Below are positions 43,612 to 54,332 of a stretch of 60,851 bases of DNA, piece by piece. The translations under genes were made by a program, and so were the position numbers. The stretch is taken from IMG/VR virus record IMGVR_UViG_3300045988_119927; one strand, given 5' to 3'. Positions within the stretch are counted from its first letter, which is position 1. The number at the start of each line of letters is the position of its first letter. Source of the stretch: a virus. A model generated the notes under the pieces. That model had not been told where the DNA came from. It searched no databases and saw nothing but the letters and a program-made list of their open reading frames with translations.

Positions 43612-46600
43612 GCCGTGAAGTAGACCAGCGTGTTGTAGAACTGCAGTTCAACAATGCGAACTTTGAGAAAAACACAAAGAAGTCCATGGACTCCATCGAC
43701 CGGATGATGGAGAAACTGCAGTTCAAAGGGGCCGAAAAGGGCTTTGAGAAGCTGGATGCGGCTGCGGAAAAAGTGGATTTTGCCACCATGAACCGCTCGC
43801 TGGACACCTTGCAGCAGAAGTTTTCGGCTCTGGATATTATGGCCGCTACGGTATTGGTGAACATTACCAACAAGGCCATCAATGCCGGTGAGAAGCTTGT
43901 GAAGAGTTTGTCGCTGGATCAGATCACCAGCGGATGGAATAAGTACGCAGAGAAGACCTCGAACGTGCAGACCATCATGAACGCCACCGGCAAGAGCATC
44001 GATCAGGTGAACGGCTACCTGAACAAGCTGATGTGGTATTCGGACGAGACCAGTTACAGTTTCAGCGAGATGACCAGCGCGCTTTCGCAGATGACGGCGG
44101 CGGGCGGCAATATCGATAAGATGATCCCTATGATCATGGGTATTGCAAACGCCACGGCAGATGCGGGTAAGACTGGCTTTGCGTTCCAGAGCACCATCCG
44201 GAACCTGACCCAGAGCTACAGCGCAGGACACTTACAGTTACAGGACTGGAAGAGCCTGAACCTGATGGGTACGGCGACGAAAGCCCTGAAACAGGAGCTT
44301 ATCGACACTGCGGAGGAGCTGGGGGTCATCAAGAAGGGTGAAGTGACCATCGCCAGCTTTGAGTCGAGCTTGCAGAAGAAATGGGCCAACACGGAGGTCA
44401 TGGAAAAGACCTTCGGGAAGTATGCTTCCATGATGGAGGCGGCCTATGAGCTGACCCAGAAGAACAAAGGTATGACCAGCTCGGAGGCGCTGGAACAGCT
44501 GAAAGGGCAGTACGGAGAGCTGGCAGAACGCGCCGCCCTCGCTGCCCAGCAGGCCACCAGCTTCGCGCAGGCCATCGACTCCACAAAAGACGCCGTCAGT
44601 TCAAAATGGATGGCCGTCTTCGAGACTCTCTTTGGCAACAAGGAAGAGGCAACCGACACCTGGACGGAGCTGGCGAACCGGCTGTATGACATCTTCGTGC
44701 CGTCCATCGACGCCCTGAACGACCGGATGAAAGCGGGCCTCGACACCGGCTGGCAGCAGATGCTCTCGAACGAGCTGGGTGACCAGGGCAACGCCTACAC
44801 CTATGCACTGGAGCAGGTAGCACTGGCTACTGGCGCTCTGACGGAAAAGCAGATCGAGGAGGCAGGGAGCTTCGGCGCGGCCCTGCAGGAAAATGGCGTG
44901 AGCGCCGATACGCTGCGGCAGGCGCTGGACGAAGCCCGCACCAGCACCGAGAAACTGCTGGCCCTGAGCGATAAGGAGCTGGACGCGCAGGGGTACGACA
45001 AGGACGCCATACAGAAGGCCCACGACAAGTTCGTAGAGCTGAACGAGGCTGTTCAAAATGGAACGCTGGATCTCGAGGGATATGCTGAGGCCATCGGAAG
45101 GGTATCGGGCCGGGCTCACCTGATACAGGGGCTTTGGAACATCATGGACGCCATCGGGAAGCTGGTGACGCCCATCAAGGAGGCCTTTAACGAGATCTTC
45201 CCGCCTGCGGACGGCGACCGCATCTACACCATTGCCGAACGGTTTGACCTGCTGACGAAAAAGCTCATCATCTCGGATGAGACGGCGGCGAACATCAAGA
45301 AGACGTTTGAGGGTGTATTTTCAGTCATCCATGTTGGCGTGAACATGCTGAAAACCGTCGTACAGACAGCGGCAAATGTTCTTAGTGCGGCAGTCCCTCT
45401 TAGCGATGTCCTGCTTGGAATGACTGCCAGCATCGGAGGATTTGTATCCTCGGTAGATGAAAGCCTTGACCCGCTGGAAGCACTTGGCTCGATGATCACT
45501 GGTTTTGTCCAGACCATTGCACCGGTGCTTTATTCTTTTGGAAAAGAGGCTGACGTAGTATTTTCTAATTTTGCAAATGGAGCAAAAGATGCTTTCAACA
45601 GCTTCGATCCGGAACGAATGAAAGACTTTATCACCGGAGGGTTGAGCGTCGGTATTCTGGCCTCTGTGAAGAGCTTCCTCGATGGAATCAAGTCTGTCGG
45701 GGAAAGTGCAAAAGGTATTATCGGAGGCATTAAAGATACCATCGATTCACTCGGTGAAGCAATCGAAGCATGGAAAGAAGCGAAAAAATCGGAAACACTG
45801 ATCACGATCGCGAAATCTATCGGTATCATTGCAGCTTCGCTTGCTGTTGTATCAATGATAAAACCGGAACGACTGAGTGCTTCGATGGAGGCAATGACCG
45901 GAGTTTTTCTGGGGCTGCTCGGTGTGATGAAAGCACTTGCACTCATTTCGAAAGAAGTAAGCTCTTTGAAACTAATGGCTGTAAGCACGGGAATGATGGC
46001 AGTTTCGTCTGCAGTCCTTGTGCTGTCCGGTGCACTGAAAGTCATTTCTACCATTGACAAAAGTAATCTTCTTGCAAGTGTTGTCGCGCTTGGCGGAGTA
46101 ATGGCCGAGCTTACTGTCGTAGGCGCTATACTCTCCAAAGATGAAGCAAGATTTCTGAAGGGGGCGACCGGACTTATCGCTTTTGCAGGGGCTGTCGGCA
46201 TTCTCACCACAGCACTCAAAGCACTTAGCGGTCTAAAACTGGAAGAAATGGCGAAAGGGCTTGGAGGTATATCCGGAATCGCAGCAGTTCTTGTTTTAGC
46301 AGCAAAGCTTATGAATGGCGTAAAATTCGGCATCGGAAACGGTGCTGCGTTTTTAATGATGGCGGACAGCATGAACCTGTTGGTATCGGCCTTCAAGAGC
46401 TTTGGCGAGATGAACTGGACTGAGATCGGGAAGGCACTTACAACAGCAGGTGCCAGTATCGGCGTTTTTGTGCTTGCATTGAATCTCGCGAAAGGAACTC
46501 TCGGAGCGGCCATGGCGCTGACAACGATGGCCGCAGCTGTGAACCTGCTTGTACCGGCGATAAAAGAACTTGGCTCGCTGAGCCTAACCGAAATGGGCAT

Positions 46601-49600
46601 GGCGATTCTTGCCGTTGCTGGCGCATTCACCGCCCTTGGTGTTGCTGCAGCGATCCTTGCTCCTCTGACACCGGTCATCGTTGCATTGTCACTATCTATC
46701 AGCGCTCTTGCGCTGAGCATCGGTGCGCTGCTGGCGCTCAATTCGGCAGCCATGTTTATTGGGAATCTGGCATCCAGTCTTACTCTGCTCCAGAATCTTA
46801 ATTTCCAGGTCTTTATCGAAGCCTTGAAATCGGCGGCATGGCTGGTTGTTGAATTTATTACAGGAATCATCAAGGGGCTGGCAGAAGTTGCTTCGACGCT
46901 GGCAACTTCCATTGCCAAGATCATAGAGGCAGTATGCTCTGCTATAGTTCTTTCTGCACCTGCCATCGGAGAAGCACTTTATGTGGCAGGCACCACGCTG
47001 ATCGATGTTATCATCAAACTTCTCGATTATATTTGGTTGAAATGTGAGCCTGCTCTCAATGACCTCTGGGACAAGTTTACCGGATTGGTCAAGAAAAAGG
47101 CTGAGAATTTCAGTCTGCTCGACCTGCTGGGGCTGAAGTGGGAAAACCCATTTGCGCCTTTCCTCGACGAACTGGAGCATGGCGACAGCTTTATGGCGGG
47201 GCTCTACCAGCAGATGACCGGCACGGGCAAGTATGCGACCGAAGGATTTGCTAATGGTGAGACTGACAAAGACGCCCTCGCACAGGTGAAGCAGGCCAGT
47301 TCGAATGTTGCGAATACCGCTGTAGAGACCATGAAATATGACCTCGACCAGCATTCTCCATCCAAGGTCATGGCCGAAATTGGCCGGTTCGTAACGCTGG
47401 GACTGGCGGAAGGCATCGGCGACCAGAACGCGCTGGCGAAGGCAAAGGCGGCCATGCTGAACGTAGCCACCGGCATCCGTACCGTCTTTACGAACTTCTG
47501 GGGCATCCACTCGCCAAGTGACCTCGCCATGAGCGATGCGGAGAACATCCTCGAGGGCGCGGTGCTGGGAATGTGCGACCCGGAAGCACGGCAGAAGCTC
47601 TACGACGAAAGCTACAACGCTGCCTCCGAAGTGAAGGGCGGCGTGGGAAAGGCGCTGGACGAGGCGGCCACGCTGGTGCAGGACAAGATGCAGGGCATCT
47701 ACGCCGCATTCAAAATGGACCCTCTGGGGAGCGGCTCGAATCCCCTGAGAAATGGCGTTGAGACTGCAAGGAAGCAGTTTGAGACGGCCATTCAGGACTC
47801 GACGCTCATCCCGGGCAAGAAGGGTATCCAGACGGCGAATACGGATACAACATTGGGCGTGAATGACATTGCTGCGGCCGCTAAGAGCAGGCTTGCAGGC
47901 TACTTCGGCGCATTCGGAGACTACTACAAGAAAGCGGTCGACGACATTACGCCGGGCACGACCGACCCGACTACCAAGACGAAGGCTTCCAAGACCGGAA
48001 AGACCCTTGCAGAGACCCTTGCAGAGGAGTACAGCAAGAAGCTGAAGGCCAACAAGTACCTGCAGGATGCGCTGAGCAAGGAGACCACCCTGTGGGAGCT
48101 GCAGAGCGAGCACAGCGTGACCAACGAGGAGCTTCTGGCAAAGCGGACCGAGGTGGTGACCAAGCAGATCGAGCTGCAGGCAGACCGAGTGGCCATTGCA
48201 CAGCAGCAGTACGATACCCTGCTGGCCCGGGTAGGTGCCGGGAACGACAAGACCAAGGACGCCTACAACACCCTGCTGGATGAGAAGGCCAATCTGGAGA
48301 AGCTGAGGCAGAGCCGCCACAGCGACATCTGGGGTGATGTGCTGAGCCGGTATGAGAACGACGCCAAGACCGCCGAGGACGAGTACGACCTGTGGGTATC
48401 CATGTACGAGGACACCGCCACGGTAGCAGAGCGCTCGAACCGGCAGATGATGCAGATCAACAAAAAGATCGATGCACAGGCCAAGGTGGTAACGGCTGCC
48501 GAGGAGGAATATACCAAGCTCAAGGAAGAGTTTGGGGAGCAGAGCCAGCAGACCCAGGTGGCATACCGGAAGTATCTGGAAGAGCAGAAGGAGCAGCAGG
48601 AGCTGATCAACGAGCTTGAGAAGGCCCAGCTTACCCAGTTTGCCAACCAGATCACCCGATACGAGAAGGAAGCCAAGATCGTATCGAACCGACAGAAGAT
48701 GCTGGAAAAGCTGTACGATGACGGCAGCCTCTCGGAGCGGGAAAGCGCTTACGAACAGGCGGTAGAGAAGTACGGCGAAGGCTCCAAGGAAGCCCGTCGT
48801 GCTGCCATGCAGGGAACCATGAGCTCTCTGATGGGCGTGGGCGCTGCCATGCGCAACATGAGCACCTCGCTGAAAAAGCTGACGGAATACCAGAAGACCT
48901 ATGACTTCTACGTAGCCCAGGGCAAGAAGGACAGCGAGGAGGCTCTGGACGCACTGGCAGAGCTGCAGGACGAGCAGTACAACTTTGTGGGATTTGCGGA
49001 GAGTCTGGCCTCGGCGTTTGACATGAGCGAAAACGGCAAGCAGGCCATGATGCAGCTCGGGTATACCATCTCGAAGAACTGGAAACCCATCTACAACGGG
49101 TTCAACCAGGTATGGAAGAAGGTAAACCCGGCCTTTGCAGAGAACCTGACCAACCTGATCGGCTTGTACTCACGAGAGGGTGCCAGCGAGACCATGGCCG
49201 CCACCATGAACGCTGTGGTAAGTGCCATGCGTGGAGACTGGGCCAGTGCGGTGGCCAGCGGGCTTACGGCTGTGCTGGACATCGTAGGCACGGACTTTGG
49301 CCGGACTCTGAGCGAGGCCATTGGAAATGCACTGCGGAGCGCCTTTAGCGGCAACGGCCTGTTTGCCCAGCTTCTCTCGAAGCTCTTGGGAGGAATGAAC
49401 CCGGGAGGCTCCGGCGGCGGAGGATTCTTCTCCAAGGCTTTGGATTTTATCAAGAGACTTCTGGGCCGGAAGAGCACCGGCGTTGCCGGCGGAGGAAGCG
49501 GGATCTCAAAATGGCTCAGCGCCGGGAAGAGTGCTCTGGGCCTTGGGAAAGCCGCAAAGGCCGCCACAGACCTGGTGCCGGTACTGAGCAGCGTGGGGAC

Positions 49601-50567
49601 TGCCACCGCCAATGTGGCCTCCGGTGTGACCACCGTTGCCAAGGCTGCGGGAGCCGCCAAGGTTGCTGCCACCGCTGCCGGAGCTGCCACCTCGGGAACT
49701 CTGGCCAAGGTGGGCATGGGCGTTGCCAAGGTGGCCGCCAGCCTCGGCCCTCACGGACTGCTGGTGGGTGCCTGTGTTGCAGGTGCGGCCCTGGTAGGCA
49801 CTGCCGTGGTGAAGAACTGGGACAAGGTGAAGGCCGGTATCGGCAAAGCCTGGGACTGGATCAAGGAGAAGGCTTCGGGACTCTGGGACGGCATGAAGCG
49901 CATCGGCTCGAACCTCGTGAGCGGCCTCGGAAAAGGCGTGAAAGCAGGTGCAAAGACCTTTGGCAGCTTTATCATCTCGCCATTTGCAGGCATCATCAGC
50001 GGTGTGAAGAAGCTGTTTGGCGTCCACTCGCCCTCGACGGTATTTGCCGGGATCGGTGGCTACCTGATGGAAGGTCTGGCGAACGGCATCACGAACACCG
50101 CTGATGGCGTGGACCGGAGCCTTGAGGCCGTGGCAGATGGCGCTTTGGACATTGCCCAGAGCAGCGCCATGAGACTGCTGGACGTGCTGAACGACGAAAG
50201 CGACCCCAGCATCCAGCCGGTGGTAGACCTGACCAATGCAGAGAACGCTCTGGACTGGATGGACTCCCGCCTGGCAGGAGACCGGGCCGTGACCCTGAGC
50301 GCAACCCGCTCGGCAAACCTTGCCGGGACGGTGAACCAGAACGCCAATCGTCAAAATGGAAAAGCAGACCCCAACGACCCGGAGGCCCTGTCGGCCAGCG
50401 GGAACCGTGATGTGGTGGATGCGATCCAGAGCATGGGCGAGCGGATCGACGGTGTGGCAAGGGCTGTGGCCAACATGAAGGTCGTGATGAACAGCCGGAA
50501 GCTGGTAGGCGAGATCAAGAGCGACATGAACACCGCCCTTGGCGAGCTGGCGGAGAGAGGACGGTAA
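43608..50567 (+). CDS. Tail tape measure protein
   Basis: 2319 aa with coiled coils, a central multi-TM Gly/Ala-rich block and three HSPS motifs. Confidence 0.9.
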   Translation: MSREVDQRVVELQFNNANFEKNTKKSMDSIDRMMEKLQFKGAEKGFEKLDAAAEKVDFATMNRSLDTLQQKFSALDIMAATVLVNITNKAINAGEKLVKSLSLDQITSGWNKYAEKTSNVQTIMNATGKSIDQVNGYLNKLMWYSDETSYSFSEMTSALSQMTAAGGNIDKMIPMIMGIANATADAGKTGFAFQSTIRNLTQSYSAGHLQLQDWKSLNLMGTATKALKQELIDTAEELGVIKKGEVTIASFESSLQKKWANTEVMEKTFGKYASMMEAAYELTQKNKGMTSSEALEQLKGQYGELAERAALAAQQATSFAQAIDSTKDAVSSKWMAVFETLFGNKEEATDTWTELANRLYDIFVPSIDALNDRMKAGLDTGWQQMLSNELGDQGNAYTYALEQVALATGALTEKQIEEAGSFGAALQENGVSADTLRQALDEARTSTEKLLALSDKELDAQGYDKDAIQKAHDKFVELNEAVQNGTLDLEGYAEAIGRVSGRAHLIQGLWNIMDAIGKLVTPIKEAFNEIFPPADGDRIYTIAERFDLLTKKLIISDETAANIKKTFEGVFSVIHVGVNMLKTVVQTAANVLSAAVPLSDVLLGMTASIGGFVSSVDESLDPLEALGSMITGFVQTIAPVLYSFGKEADVVFSNFANGAKDAFNSFDPERMKDFITGGLSVGILASVKSFLDGIKSVGESAKGIIGGIKDTIDSLGEAIEAWKEAKKSETLITIAKSIGIIAASLAVVSMIKPERLSASMEAMTGVFLGLLGVMKALALISKEVSSLKLMAVSTGMMAVSSAVLVLSGALKVISTIDKSNLLASVVALGGVMAELTVVGAILSKDEARFLKGATGLIAFAGAVGILTTALKALSGLKLEEMAKGLGGISGIAAVLVLAAKLMNGVKFGIGNGAAFLMMADSMNLLVSAFKSFGEMNWTEIGKALTTAGASIGVFVLALNLAKGTLGAAMALTTMAAAVNLLVPAIKELGSLSLTEMGMAILAVAGAFTALGVAAAILAPLTPVIVALSLSISALALSIGALLALNSAAMFIGNLASSLTLLQNLNFQVFIEALKSAAWLVVEFITGIIKGLAEVASTLATSIAKIIEAVCSAIVLSAPAIGEALYVAGTTLIDVIIKLLDYIWLKCEPALNDLWDKFTGLVKKKAENFSLLDLLGLKWENPFAPFLDELEHGDSFMAGLYQQMTGTGKYATEGFANGETDKDALAQVKQASSNVANTAVETMKYDLDQHSPSKVMAEIGRFVTLGLAEGIGDQNALAKAKAAMLNVATGIRTVFTNFWGIHSPSDLAMSDAENILEGAVLGMCDPEARQKLYDESYNAASEVKGGVGKALDEAATLVQDKMQGIYAAFKMDPLGSGSNPLRNGVETARKQFETAIQDSTLIPGKKGIQTANTDTTLGVNDIAAAAKSRLAGYFGAFGDYYKKAVDDITPGTTDPTTKTKASKTGKTLAETLAEEYSKKLKANKYLQDALSKETTLWELQSEHSVTNEELLAKRTEVVTKQIELQADRVAIAQQQYDTLLARVGAGNDKTKDAYNTLLDEKANLEKLRQSRHSDIWGDVLSRYENDAKTAEDEYDLWVSMYEDTATVAERSNRQMMQINKKIDAQAKVVTAAEEEYTKLKEEFGEQSQQTQVAYRKYLEEQKEQQELINELEKAQLTQFANQITRYEKEAKIVSNRQKMLEKLYDDGSLSERESAYEQAVEKYGEGSKEARRAAMQGTMSSLMGVGAAMRNMSTSLKKLTEYQKTYDFYVAQGKKDSEEALDALAELQDEQYNFVGFAESLASAFDMSENGKQAMMQLGYTISKNWKPIYNGFNQVWKKVNPAFAENLTNLIGLYSREGASETMAATMNAVVSAMRGDWASAVASGLTAVLDIVGTDFGRTLSEAIGNALRSAFSGNGLFAQLLSKLLGGMNPGGSGGGGFFSKALDFIKRLLGRKSTGVAGGGSGISKWLSAGKSALGLGKAAKAATDLVPVLSSVGTATANVASGVTTVAKAAGAAKVAATAAGAATSGTLAKVGMGVAKVAASLGPHGLLVGACVAGAALVGTAVVKNWDKVKAGIGKAWDWIKEKASGLWDGMKRIGSNLVSGLGKGVKAGAKTFGSFIISPFAGIISGVKKLFGVHSPSTVFAGIGGYLMEGLANGITNTADGVDRSLEAVADGALDIAQSSAMRLLDVLNDESDPSIQPVVDLTNAENALDWMDSRLAGDRAVTLSATRSANLAGTVNQNANRQNGKADPNDPEALSASGNRDVVDAIQSMGERIDGVARAVANMKVVMNSRKLVGEIKSDMNTALGELAERGR

Positions 50568-50569
50568 GG

Positions 50570-51100
50570 ATGGGTATTGGCAGAGACGTGACCCCGGAAG
50601 GGGCAGAGCTGTACACCCGGCTGACCTTCCATATCCCCGCCGAAGCTCCGGTGAAGAGCTTTAGCACCGACGAGCTGATGCTGATCCCGGCAGACCCGCT
50701 GACGGTGGCTCCCTTTGAGGAGCAGATCCGCACCCTGGAAGCAGCCCCCTGGCACGGCACCATTGAATATGCCCCGCTGGAGAAGCGGGTGTTCAAGAAT
50801 GCTGAGGGGAGCTGGACATTTTACTATGAACCGGACGGCAAGAGCCACACCTTCTGGGACTGTTACGGAGACATCCACCGGGAAGAATCCGATGGATGGA
50901 TGGTGACAGACAGCACATGGCTTGCCACTTACCACGCCCTGCTGTACTATCTGCAGGGTCGGAGAGTGCTGGTGGACGTGCCGGACGGAAAAGGAAACAT
51001 TACGAGCTACCGGGGGAGATGCTGGGTAAGCAGCTATGCCTCCGACTCTGACGGCAGGATCAAGGCCGTGATCAGCTACAGCCTTGCACCGCCCGAATGA
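50570..51100 (+). CDS. Hypothetical tail protein
   Basis: 176 aa, directly after the TMP. Confidence 0.45.
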   Translation: MGIGRDVTPEGAELYTRLTFHIPAEAPVKSFSTDELMLIPADPLTVAPFEEQIRTLEAAPWHGTIEYAPLEKRVFKNAEGSWTFYYEPDGKSHTFWDCYGDIHREESDGWMVTDSTWLATYHALLYYLQGRRVLVDVPDGKGNITSYRGRCWVSSYASDSDGRIKAVISYSLAPPE

Positions 51101-51118
51101 CCGAGAAAGGGGGACCAG

Positions 51119-52405
51119 ATGAAGACGATACCACATGGGATCACCATTGGTGACACACATACCTGGAGGGATCTTTATCTGATCCCTGTTTGTCGGCCGA
51201 TCGTGCAGCCGCCTACGGAAAAGACCATGACCCTTGAAGTGGAGGGCATGAGCGGCGTGGCTGACCTGAGCCACGGACTGACAGGGTACCCGGTGTTCAG
51301 TGACCGGGAAGGAAACTGGCAATTCTACGTAGACACCGACCGGTGGAGAGAGAAAAACAACTTCTGGGGGCCGGTGGGAAACCTGGCGTACCAGGATATT
51401 ATGGCCCGGCTGAAGGAAAAGATGGCCCGGCCGTTCCAGACGCGGATCGTTCTGGACGACGACCCGCTTTTTTACTGGGTGGGACGCATCTGGGTGAGCG
51501 AGGCTCCCAGCCAACAGTACAACCACACCAAGATCACCCTGCAATACCGGCTGTACCCCTACAAGTACCTGCTGGCAGAGGACGGAGACGACTGGCTGTG
51601 GGACCCCTTTTGCTTTGAGACCGACCTGGCCACCGTGAAGATGCACGGCGTGACCCTGCCGGCCGGGACGAGAGAGACGTTTCCGCTGGTATTTACGGAC
51701 AAGCCCAGCGCCGTGTTTGTGACCAGCAGTGGAGCGGCGACCTCGAACATGCAGAATCAAAATGGAGTGGACTACACCCTGCTGAGCCAGGAGTCCATGC
51801 CCACGGCCCGCTTTGACTACCTGAAGACCTACAGCTCCGGGGGTACGAGCTATGAATGCCGGCTGCAGACCCTTGTGATGCCTCTGGTGACAAAGCAGTA
51901 CGACATAGCCGTTATGGGGCTGAACTTTACCGTGAGTCCTGTAAGTACCGGGACAGCTACGGTATCCATCCGGAAGAAGGGGACCAGTGTGCTGATGGCC
52001 AGTGCTACGGTGCCTATTACCAGCACAGTGAATGTTCTGTCTCAGCCGCATATCGAGCTGACGGCAGATCTGAGCGCTGAGCTTGCCAAGAACACCGCCT
52101 ACGAGATCGTGGTGGAGGCCACCGGCAAGATATACGCCCCCAACATCCCCAAGGATGCCCTGACAGAGAACGACTACTTCGACTTTGGCACAGGGGCTGC
52201 GGCGCTGGCACCGGACTGCGGCGGCTTTGAGCTGTTCTGTGGGTTCGTCCGGTTTTACGCCGGTGAGGGCGCTGTGCTGAAGCCGGACGTGAAGACCAAC
52301 ATTGGCATCGTGGGTACTGCGCTGAACACAAACGGCCGTGTGGTGGTGGTGCAGGCGCAGGAGGACACCACGGTGAGCATCGACTACCGGCCGGCGTACC
52401 TGTAA
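51119..52405 (+). CDS. Distal tail protein (Dit-like)
   Basis: ITIGDTHTWRDLYLIP...LEVEGMSGVADLS matches the Sipho_tail-like N-terminus. Confidence 0.55.
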   Translation: MKTIPHGITIGDTHTWRDLYLIPVCRPIVQPPTEKTMTLEVEGMSGVADLSHGLTGYPVFSDREGNWQFYVDTDRWREKNNFWGPVGNLAYQDIMARLKEKMARPFQTRIVLDDDPLFYWVGRIWVSEAPSQQYNHTKITLQYRLYPYKYLLAEDGDDWLWDPFCFETDLATVKMHGVTLPAGTRETFPLVFTDKPSAVFVTSSGAATSNMQNQNGVDYTLLSQESMPTARFDYLKTYSSGGTSYECRLQTLVMPLVTKQYDIAVMGLNFTVSPVSTGTATVSIRKKGTSVLMASATVPITSTVNVLSQPHIELTADLSAELAKNTAYEIVVEATGKIYAPNIPKDALTENDYFDFGTGAAALAPDCGGFELFCGFVRFYAGEGAVLKPDVKTNIGIVGTALNTNGRVVVVQAQEDTTVSIDYRPAYL

Positions 52406-52420
52406 AGGAGATATTTCAAA

Positions 52421-53707
52421 ATGAGATATAAGGTATACGCCGGTCAGGTATCGGTGAAGTTTACCAACAGCAGCACGGCCCGGTTCAACTGGACGAAAAA
52501 GGTGCTGGTGTACGACTCTTACGGCGACTCGGTGGAGGGCGAAGAGACCCAGGGAATCGTGGCAGACCCCAGCGTGGAGCTGGAGAACAAATCGGCAGGA
52601 AGTTTTTCGTGCCGGGTGCCGTACCAGGCCGAGACCCGCTTTGGCCGGGTGAAGAACCCTTACTACGACGACTTTGTGATGGGCAGCACCTGGATCATGG
52701 TGGAGGAGGACAGCGAGTGCATCTTCTTTGGCCGTGTGACGGAGTGCGAGCTGGAGTTCAATCTGGACAAGACGGTGACAGCGGACGGCATCCTGAACGA
52801 GCTGGGGCAGATCAACACCCGACTCTCGGCCAGCTCCTACAACAGCTGCTCGGAATCCAGTCTGCTTTCCATCGTAATGAATGCCGACAAGAGCCGGAAG
52901 GGGGAGAACCCTGCCAACTGCATGATGCGGGGCAAGGTGACGGTGGTCAACCGTTCGGTGGACACCAGTGATAGCGGTGACCAGTTTGGCAGCCTGTGGA
53001 GCATCCTGAGCACCTATCTGTTGGACAAGGACGAGGGATATTTGCGGCTTCGGCTGGCTAATGACCCGGGCACCGAGGACTACTTTTTTTACTACGATTA
53101 TCTGAAATCTGAGGATGTGCCCAGCACCACACAGAGCATCGAATACGGCGTGAACATGCTGGACTTCGTGCTGAATGAGAAGTGCAGTTCGGATCTTGTA
53201 AACAGCGTAACGGCCCACGGCATCACCACGGTGAAGAAGGGCTGGTGGATCTTTAAGAAGATCAGTTACAACGCCATCTCCAGCACATCGGAGAATGCGT
53301 TGTCGATCCAGCGGTACGGCCTGCGCTCCCGGCATATTTATGTGGATGGCAAGGCCTCCAGCTACAGTACCCTGAGTTCTGCCGCCAGTGAGGAGCTGGC
53401 CAAGTACAAGCAGGAGGCAGAACCCACCCTGACCGTCCGGGCCTTTGACCGGAAGGATATGGGGGAAAAGGTGGACAAGCTGGGGTATCTGCTGCGGACC
53501 CACATCCTGAGCAACCCCCACAGCTTTGATATGTGGATGGTATGCACCAAGGTGCGCCTGCCTCTGGACGCCCCGGACAACAAGGACTTTACCTTTGGGC
53601 TGACCAGCGCCTCGCTTTCCCGGCGTCAATGGACCGTCGGAAACCTGGCGTCGGTGCTGAAAGACAAGGTCGTGGGCGCTATCAGCTACCTGAACAGTGT
53701 AGGGTAA
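52421..53707 (+). CDS. Tail-associated protein (Tal / minor structural protein)
   Basis: 428 aa. Assigned by position after Dit. Confidence 0.5.
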   Translation: MRYKVYAGQVSVKFTNSSTARFNWTKKVLVYDSYGDSVEGEETQGIVADPSVELENKSAGSFSCRVPYQAETRFGRVKNPYYDDFVMGSTWIMVEEDSECIFFGRVTECELEFNLDKTVTADGILNELGQINTRLSASSYNSCSESSLLSIVMNADKSRKGENPANCMMRGKVTVVNRSVDTSDSGDQFGSLWSILSTYLLDKDEGYLRLRLANDPGTEDYFFYYDYLKSEDVPSTTQSIEYGVNMLDFVLNEKCSSDLVNSVTAHGITTVKKGWWIFKKISYNAISSTSENALSIQRYGLRSRHIYVDGKASSYSTLSSAASEELAKYKQEAEPTLTVRAFDRKDMGEKVDKLGYLLRTHILSNPHSFDMWMVCTKVRLPLDAPDNKDFTFGLTSASLSRRQWTVGNLASVLKDKVVGAISYLNSVG

Positions 53708-53749
53708 AAATTCAAAATGGACCTTCTGAAGGAGTAAGGTGATTATCGG

Positions 53750-54316
53750 ATGAATTTTGACGAGATCATAAAGAAGATGAAGGCCGCCGTAGAAGGAGTG
53801 CGGAAGGCGATCTACGGCGTGGAGGTGCGAGAATACATTGCCCAGGGCCTGGAGAATGTGCTGGCGGTAGGGCAAGTAACGGTGGACTCGGCCAAAGCCG
53901 CCAAGGCAAGCGAAGATGCCGCCAAGGCAAGCGAAGATGCCGCAAAGACCAGCGAGACCAACGCCAAGGGAAGCGAAACGGCAGCGGCTGCCAGCAGGGA
54001 CGAAGCCGAACTCATCAAGGGGGACGCAGAGAACAGTGCCCATGAGGCGGCAAACAGTCAGGCCGAGGCCAAAAAGAGCGAAGAGGCCGCAAAGAAATAC
54101 GCCGGCGATGCGGCGGCTATTGCCAACACCGACAAGACCCTCACAGTGGCAAATGCTGCGGCGGACGCTGCGGCTACCGGCGTGCGCATCAAACTGTTGG
54201 AGATGGTGCATGGCACAGATGTAAACGGTATCAGTTTCGTCTCGGCATTTGATACGATGGATGGTATAGAGCTGACAGGCGTGTGGAATAAGGCGGCGTC
54301 GAGGGTGGAGTTTTAA
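53750..54316 (+). CDS. Tail fibre-associated repeat protein
   Basis: AKAAKASEDAAKASEDAAKTSETNAKGSE repeats, including a perfect 21-bp x2 DNA repeat at 53900-53941. Confidence 0.45.
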   Translation: MNFDEIIKKMKAAVEGVRKAIYGVEVREYIAQGLENVLAVGQVTVDSAKAAKASEDAAKASEDAAKTSETNAKGSETAAAASRDEAELIKGDAENSAHEAANSQAEAKKSEEAAKKYAGDAAAIANTDKTLTVANAAADAAATGVRIKLLEMVHGTDVNGISFVSAFDTMDGIELTGVWNKAASRVEF

Positions 54317-54332
54317 GGGAAGGAGGATTTGA